NCBI RefSeq assembly: GCF_018977255.1
Contig: NW_024704743.1
Location: forward strand, 115,198,001-115,262,000
Direction: 5' to 3'
DNA from: Callorhinchus milii
Lineage: Eukaryota
Length of the DNA: 64,000 bases
Shown: positions 59,871-64,000 of the stretch, piece by piece
Layout of the letters: every line of letters begins with the position of its first letter
How positions within the stretch are numbered: the first letter of the stretch is position 1
Notes under the pieces: model-generated
Database searches by the model: none
What the model was told of the DNA's origin: nothing
What the model saw: the letters and a program-made list of their open reading frames with translations, nothing else
Made by a program: the position numbers and the translations under genes

Positions 59871-62397
59871 CGGTTAAAGAGGTGCCAACCTTCAGAGGAG
59901 AGGTTAAAGTGAGGTGCCATCTACCTGTTCAGCTGGATGTTAAAGATTTAATGCCACTGTTCGAAAAGAAAAGGGAGTTTCTACCAGTGTCCTGGCCAAC
60001 AGTCCCCCAAATAAAATTGGTCACTGAGCTATGTGAAAACTGGTTGCTGTGTTTGCCAACAAAATGCACTGTTCTTACACTTCACAATATATCCTGTGAA
60101 GAGCTTTGAGACGTCCTCCCAATGTGAAAGACGCAATATCTTTTGCGGGGATTATTATTTAAAATAATCTCCTCTAAAATCGATTCTAAGCACTGTTTAA
60201 CACACTTGTAAAAAGAACTCAGTCAAGGAGAATAAAGTGGCAACAAAATAATAATTTAATACAAGTGGGAAATGTCAGTTAATGAATACACCGCATCACT
60301 TAGAAAATAAGTGTCTCAATTGTGCAGCTATTGAGGCACTTATTTTATTGTGAAAGGTAATAATTAAGCAGGAGAATGTTTCTTTCTTGCACCTTTGATG
60401 CTCTACACAGTGTGCGGCTGCTTGTTGCCTCACAACAGAGGACATTGTGCTTCAAAATGACTCCTTGTGTAAAAGTCTTTCAGCGTGAAAAGCCGCCACA
60501 TTTTTAGTGGCGGTCAACTTGTACGTCGGCCACCAAATCAGGAAATATTTAATCAAGAAAAGACTGAAAATTTTGGGTGGCGGGTTTCTGGCCCTGGGGA
60601 AACAGGTTGGCCACCACTAACCTATATCAAACGCAAGTGTGGCTATTAATCACAGACTGAGAAGGCAATGAATTGGGTGATCTTTTTGCCAAGCACCATA
60701 GAACTCAGTATGGCTCTGTCTGGGTCAATAAGTCTAGGTAAATACTGGGTTTATATGTCATTCTTGGACATTTGGTTACTTAAACAATGATGTTGGGGGA
60801 AGCCACAAACTGTTGTTTTCTCTCCTAACATTACAGAGTTAACACTGAAAATAAACATCCCAATCGCTTCTGTTCCAACAATCTCAAGACAGATGTAATC
60901 GTGTTTCAGAAGGATATTCACAGCCTTATATAAATATTTTTCTTTCATCAATCTTTTCTGAAAGGATATATTTAGCATTAGAAGTAACACTTTTGTTTTA
61001 ATGCTTCTGGCTCTAAAACTCCAAATACAGGATCTTTCAGTCACTGTGTTACAGGCAAAAGAAACAAACAATGAGGTGATGTTTTGACATTTTGTAACAG
61101 ACATAATGTGATAACTATACAAAATGCAGTCAATCCACTTTATAATATATTCTTTGAAGCTCTTTGAGATATCTCAATGACATGATAAGGTGCTTTATCA
61201 AATGCAAGGATTATTATTATTACAGATTTCGACTGATCAACGGGTATGAAACCGCAACGATTGGTGTATTATTATTGAAGGTTGTGTCGCTGTTAGGAAA
61301 CTAGAAACTCCTAAACCTCGACAAGCAGGTCATTCCACAGATTAGACAATGGTTAGTCTTATTCGAGGGAAGATCTTTAGTTAAATAGTAATAATACATT
61401 TGGGAGAGCGTCTATTATACCAGGACGATATCTCAAAATAGTTCACAGGATTTTACTGCACAGTTCAGGGATGGTTATTTTATAGGCGAACCCAGCAGCC
61501 AATTTGTGCACAGCAACGTCTGCATAAACAGCCATAAAGTGAATACCCAGTTTCATCTGGTTGATTATAGGCCAACACACTGGGAGAAAATCCCTTCTCT
61601 TTTTGAGTAGTGCCATGGGATCTTTAAAGTCCATCTGTACAGATAGACAGGACCTCGGGTTAATGGTTCATCTGCAATAATAATCCTTGCATTTGATACA
61701 GTGGCTTATCAGATCATTGAGACATCTCAATGCGCTTCACAGAATATACAGTAAAGTGGATTGACTATGTGTTTTGTGGGCGAAATGCGGCAGCCACTTG
61801 CACACAGCCATGTCCCACAAACAACCGTGAGCACATTTGGGGGGGGGGGGGGGGTCGCATGTCTGACAATGCAGCACCCACCCCCAACCATTGCATCGTC
61901 AACGTAGACCATAACTTTCTGACTCAGTGGACAGAGCGCTACCAACTGAGGCAGGCTAACATGTCAATGCCATCTCCGTTATTTCATACATTTTCAATAA
62001 AGTGCAGCAGGTTTGACAGCTGACAGGGACAGGTGGCGCAATAAGGTCATAGCATCAGGCGGGACAAAATCACAGCCAGACCCTTCCTGCTCAGACAATG
62101 CTGCTCCTTTAAGGATTAAATTTTTTTTATCGACAGACACTCGTTTTCTTTACAGGAGAGAAAAAAAATCAGTGAAGTTTATAGTTTTATGTTTCCCTTT
62201 TGTTTTTGCCTTTCCCCCTTTGAACCCATTTCCAAATTTTGCAACTTTTAAAAGCATTTTAAAACAAATATATATTTGGGGGTCAATTCATTTGTTTGTA
62301 AGTTTTCAGGTTGTTCTGAGCCTTCTCTCGGGATCAGTTCTTTGTTTTTTCAATTGTCTGAAGAGCTTTGTTTTAATCCTCCTACGGTTCTCAATGG

Positions 62398-62886
62398 GTC
62401 ACGTGGTTTGTCTGCAATTCACTGACTTTTACCAAAAGTAGCACAGTCTTTAGTGAAAGCAGAGCCCTGACGTCAACAGGCTGTAAATCATGTCCTGAGT
62501 TCCTTTCAGCTGGGCAGATGCAAGCCTAATAGATACACTGTGTGTCACATCACCAAAGCATCTGAAATACAGAGGGAACCAGCTGCTCCAGCCGAAGTTC
62601 GCTGTAAGTAGATTGTTTTCAGTACCTCGCTTCGTTACGAAATAATGGGCTTGCTGTTCAGCAACAACACTTTTTTTTTAAAAAGCACACATTTTTTCGT
62701 GTAATTTAAAGCGGATCAGAAACCGTACTGAACCTAGGTCCCTGTTCTTTGAGCACAAATGAGAAGGAGGAAAAAAAATTTCAACGCTCACTTGTTTTTC
62801 TCTCTTCACAAGCTTCCAGTGAGTGCATTGTCCCCGGAAAGGATAAATCTGTAGGCGCTGTGACTTTCAGTCTCCTATCCCTTGAG
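62398..62886 (+). promoter_or_regulatory. candidate promoter and 5' exons of a downstream gene
   Basis: GTCACGTG (62398), TGACGTCA (62468), donor gct|gtaagt (62604), branch/pyrimidine tract/AG at 62786-62819, donor GAG|gtatac (62887); repeat-free. Confidence 0.3.
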
Positions 62887-64000
62887 GTATACGGCTTTGC
62901 CAGAAACTAGAATTGTAATCACAGGGCAAATTAAACCATTCGCCCTTTGGTCTGTGCCTTTGGGGAGATTTGTATAAATTCATTTTTTGAAATAATCTCA
63001 TATTTAGGTGAACTCTTTTAACTAATCATTTGGTCCTGGGTCCAAATTCCACACAGTTCCAATCGTAGACTTTTGCAGCACCGAAGGAAGCCATTCACGC
63101 CTTGGTTTCCCCGTGGTTCTCTGTTAGAGCCATCGTTGAGTGCCACAATCCCTTGCCTTTCCTTCACACTCCTTTATGGATTTCCTATTTCAGATGACTG
63201 TACTAATTCTCTTTTAAAAAGCTATAATGGATTCTGCTCCAATACTACATTGCCTCGGCATTCTATATCCTAATAAAAATGATAATCGTTGTATTTGATA
63301 TAGCCTTATCACGTCTCCGAGACGTTTGAAAGCACTTCACAGAACATTCTGTAAAGTGAATTGCGTATTTTTGTGGGTGAAATAGTCCACTGTGTAAAGA
63401 AGATTCTCGTAACCACACTTTTACACTTTTCTTTTTGCTAATGATCTCAAGTTTACAGCTTCTAGTTACCAACCTAGCAATCAGTAGACATAGTTTCTCC
63501 CTCTGGACCTCATCACAACCTCTCTATAACTGGTTGTTCTGCTATTTGTATTCATCATGAATGTTCCATTCTTCGCTTCATTTTGGAGTAATGTTTGTTC
63601 AAAAGCACAGAATGATGTGATAAGGTGCTATATCAAATGCAAGAATTATTATCATGGTTAAGCAATTTCACTTAAGTGATACCAGTTATAAGCAGCTTGC
63701 TCAATTGGTAGCTAGGCTCAGCTAGTAGCAGAAAGGAATGGGTTCTAAGCTCTACATGGGGATTTGCACAATACAGGCTGAGACTTCAATATAGTGTTTG
63801 AGGGAGCTCTGAATTGTTGGAGGCATTGTCCTTCTGCTGAGACATTAGACTCATTAGGAAAAGAGCTGATTGATTGAGTTTTGATCTGAGTGATTTGAGG
63901 CAAGGTATCCATCGAAGAAACCACTGAAGGTTTCTTAAGAACTGGGCAAAAACCTACTGACTGTGTCAGCTGAGAACACTTTCTCTTCCACATTTTGTTG

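Noticed and set aside
800..63700. Recurring motif KCKDYYYY / caaatgcaaggattattatt as a CRISPR-like or coding repeat
   Set aside because: Irregularly dispersed SINE 3' ends in both orientations in eukaryotic DNA
46424..64000. Full inverted trpn1 paralog extending from the exon copy
   Set aside because: No minus-strand matches to exons w1, w2 or w4 were seen on either side

Overview
Vertebrate genomic DNA. The tRNA/Deu-type SINE, L2 and CR1 repeat landscape suggests a cartilaginous fish, possibly a chimaera (inference, not proven). Positions 5,021-33,586 (+) carry 25 coding exons of trpn1 (NOMPC-type mechanotransduction TRP channel). I spliced them by hand into an uninterrupted 1,527-aa frame: 27 ankyrin repeats in 22 phase-0 exons, one 1,372-bp exon for linker/S1-S6/TRP box, and two C-terminal exons. 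The start and first ~2 ankyrin repeats lie upstream of the window. The rest is dominated by L2 and CR1 LINE fragments and tRNA-derived SINEs that share the L2 3' tail. Most notable: (i) an isolated inverted copy of one trpn1 ankyrin exon 39 kb downstream, with intact splice sites and flanking inverted repeats; (ii) a near-identical inverted L2 pair bracketing six in-frame ankyrin exons (candidate circRNA/exon-skipping unit, 843 nt, stop-free); (iii) an apparently 5'-complete L2 lacking only its RT domain, with YY1/ETS-CRE motifs at its 5' end; (iv) an intron that is almost all SINE; (v) a convergent pair of CTCF-like motifs; (vi) a candidate promoter and first exons of another gene near 62.4-62.9 kb. 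Exons are numbered w1-w25 within the window; repeat boundaries are approximate.
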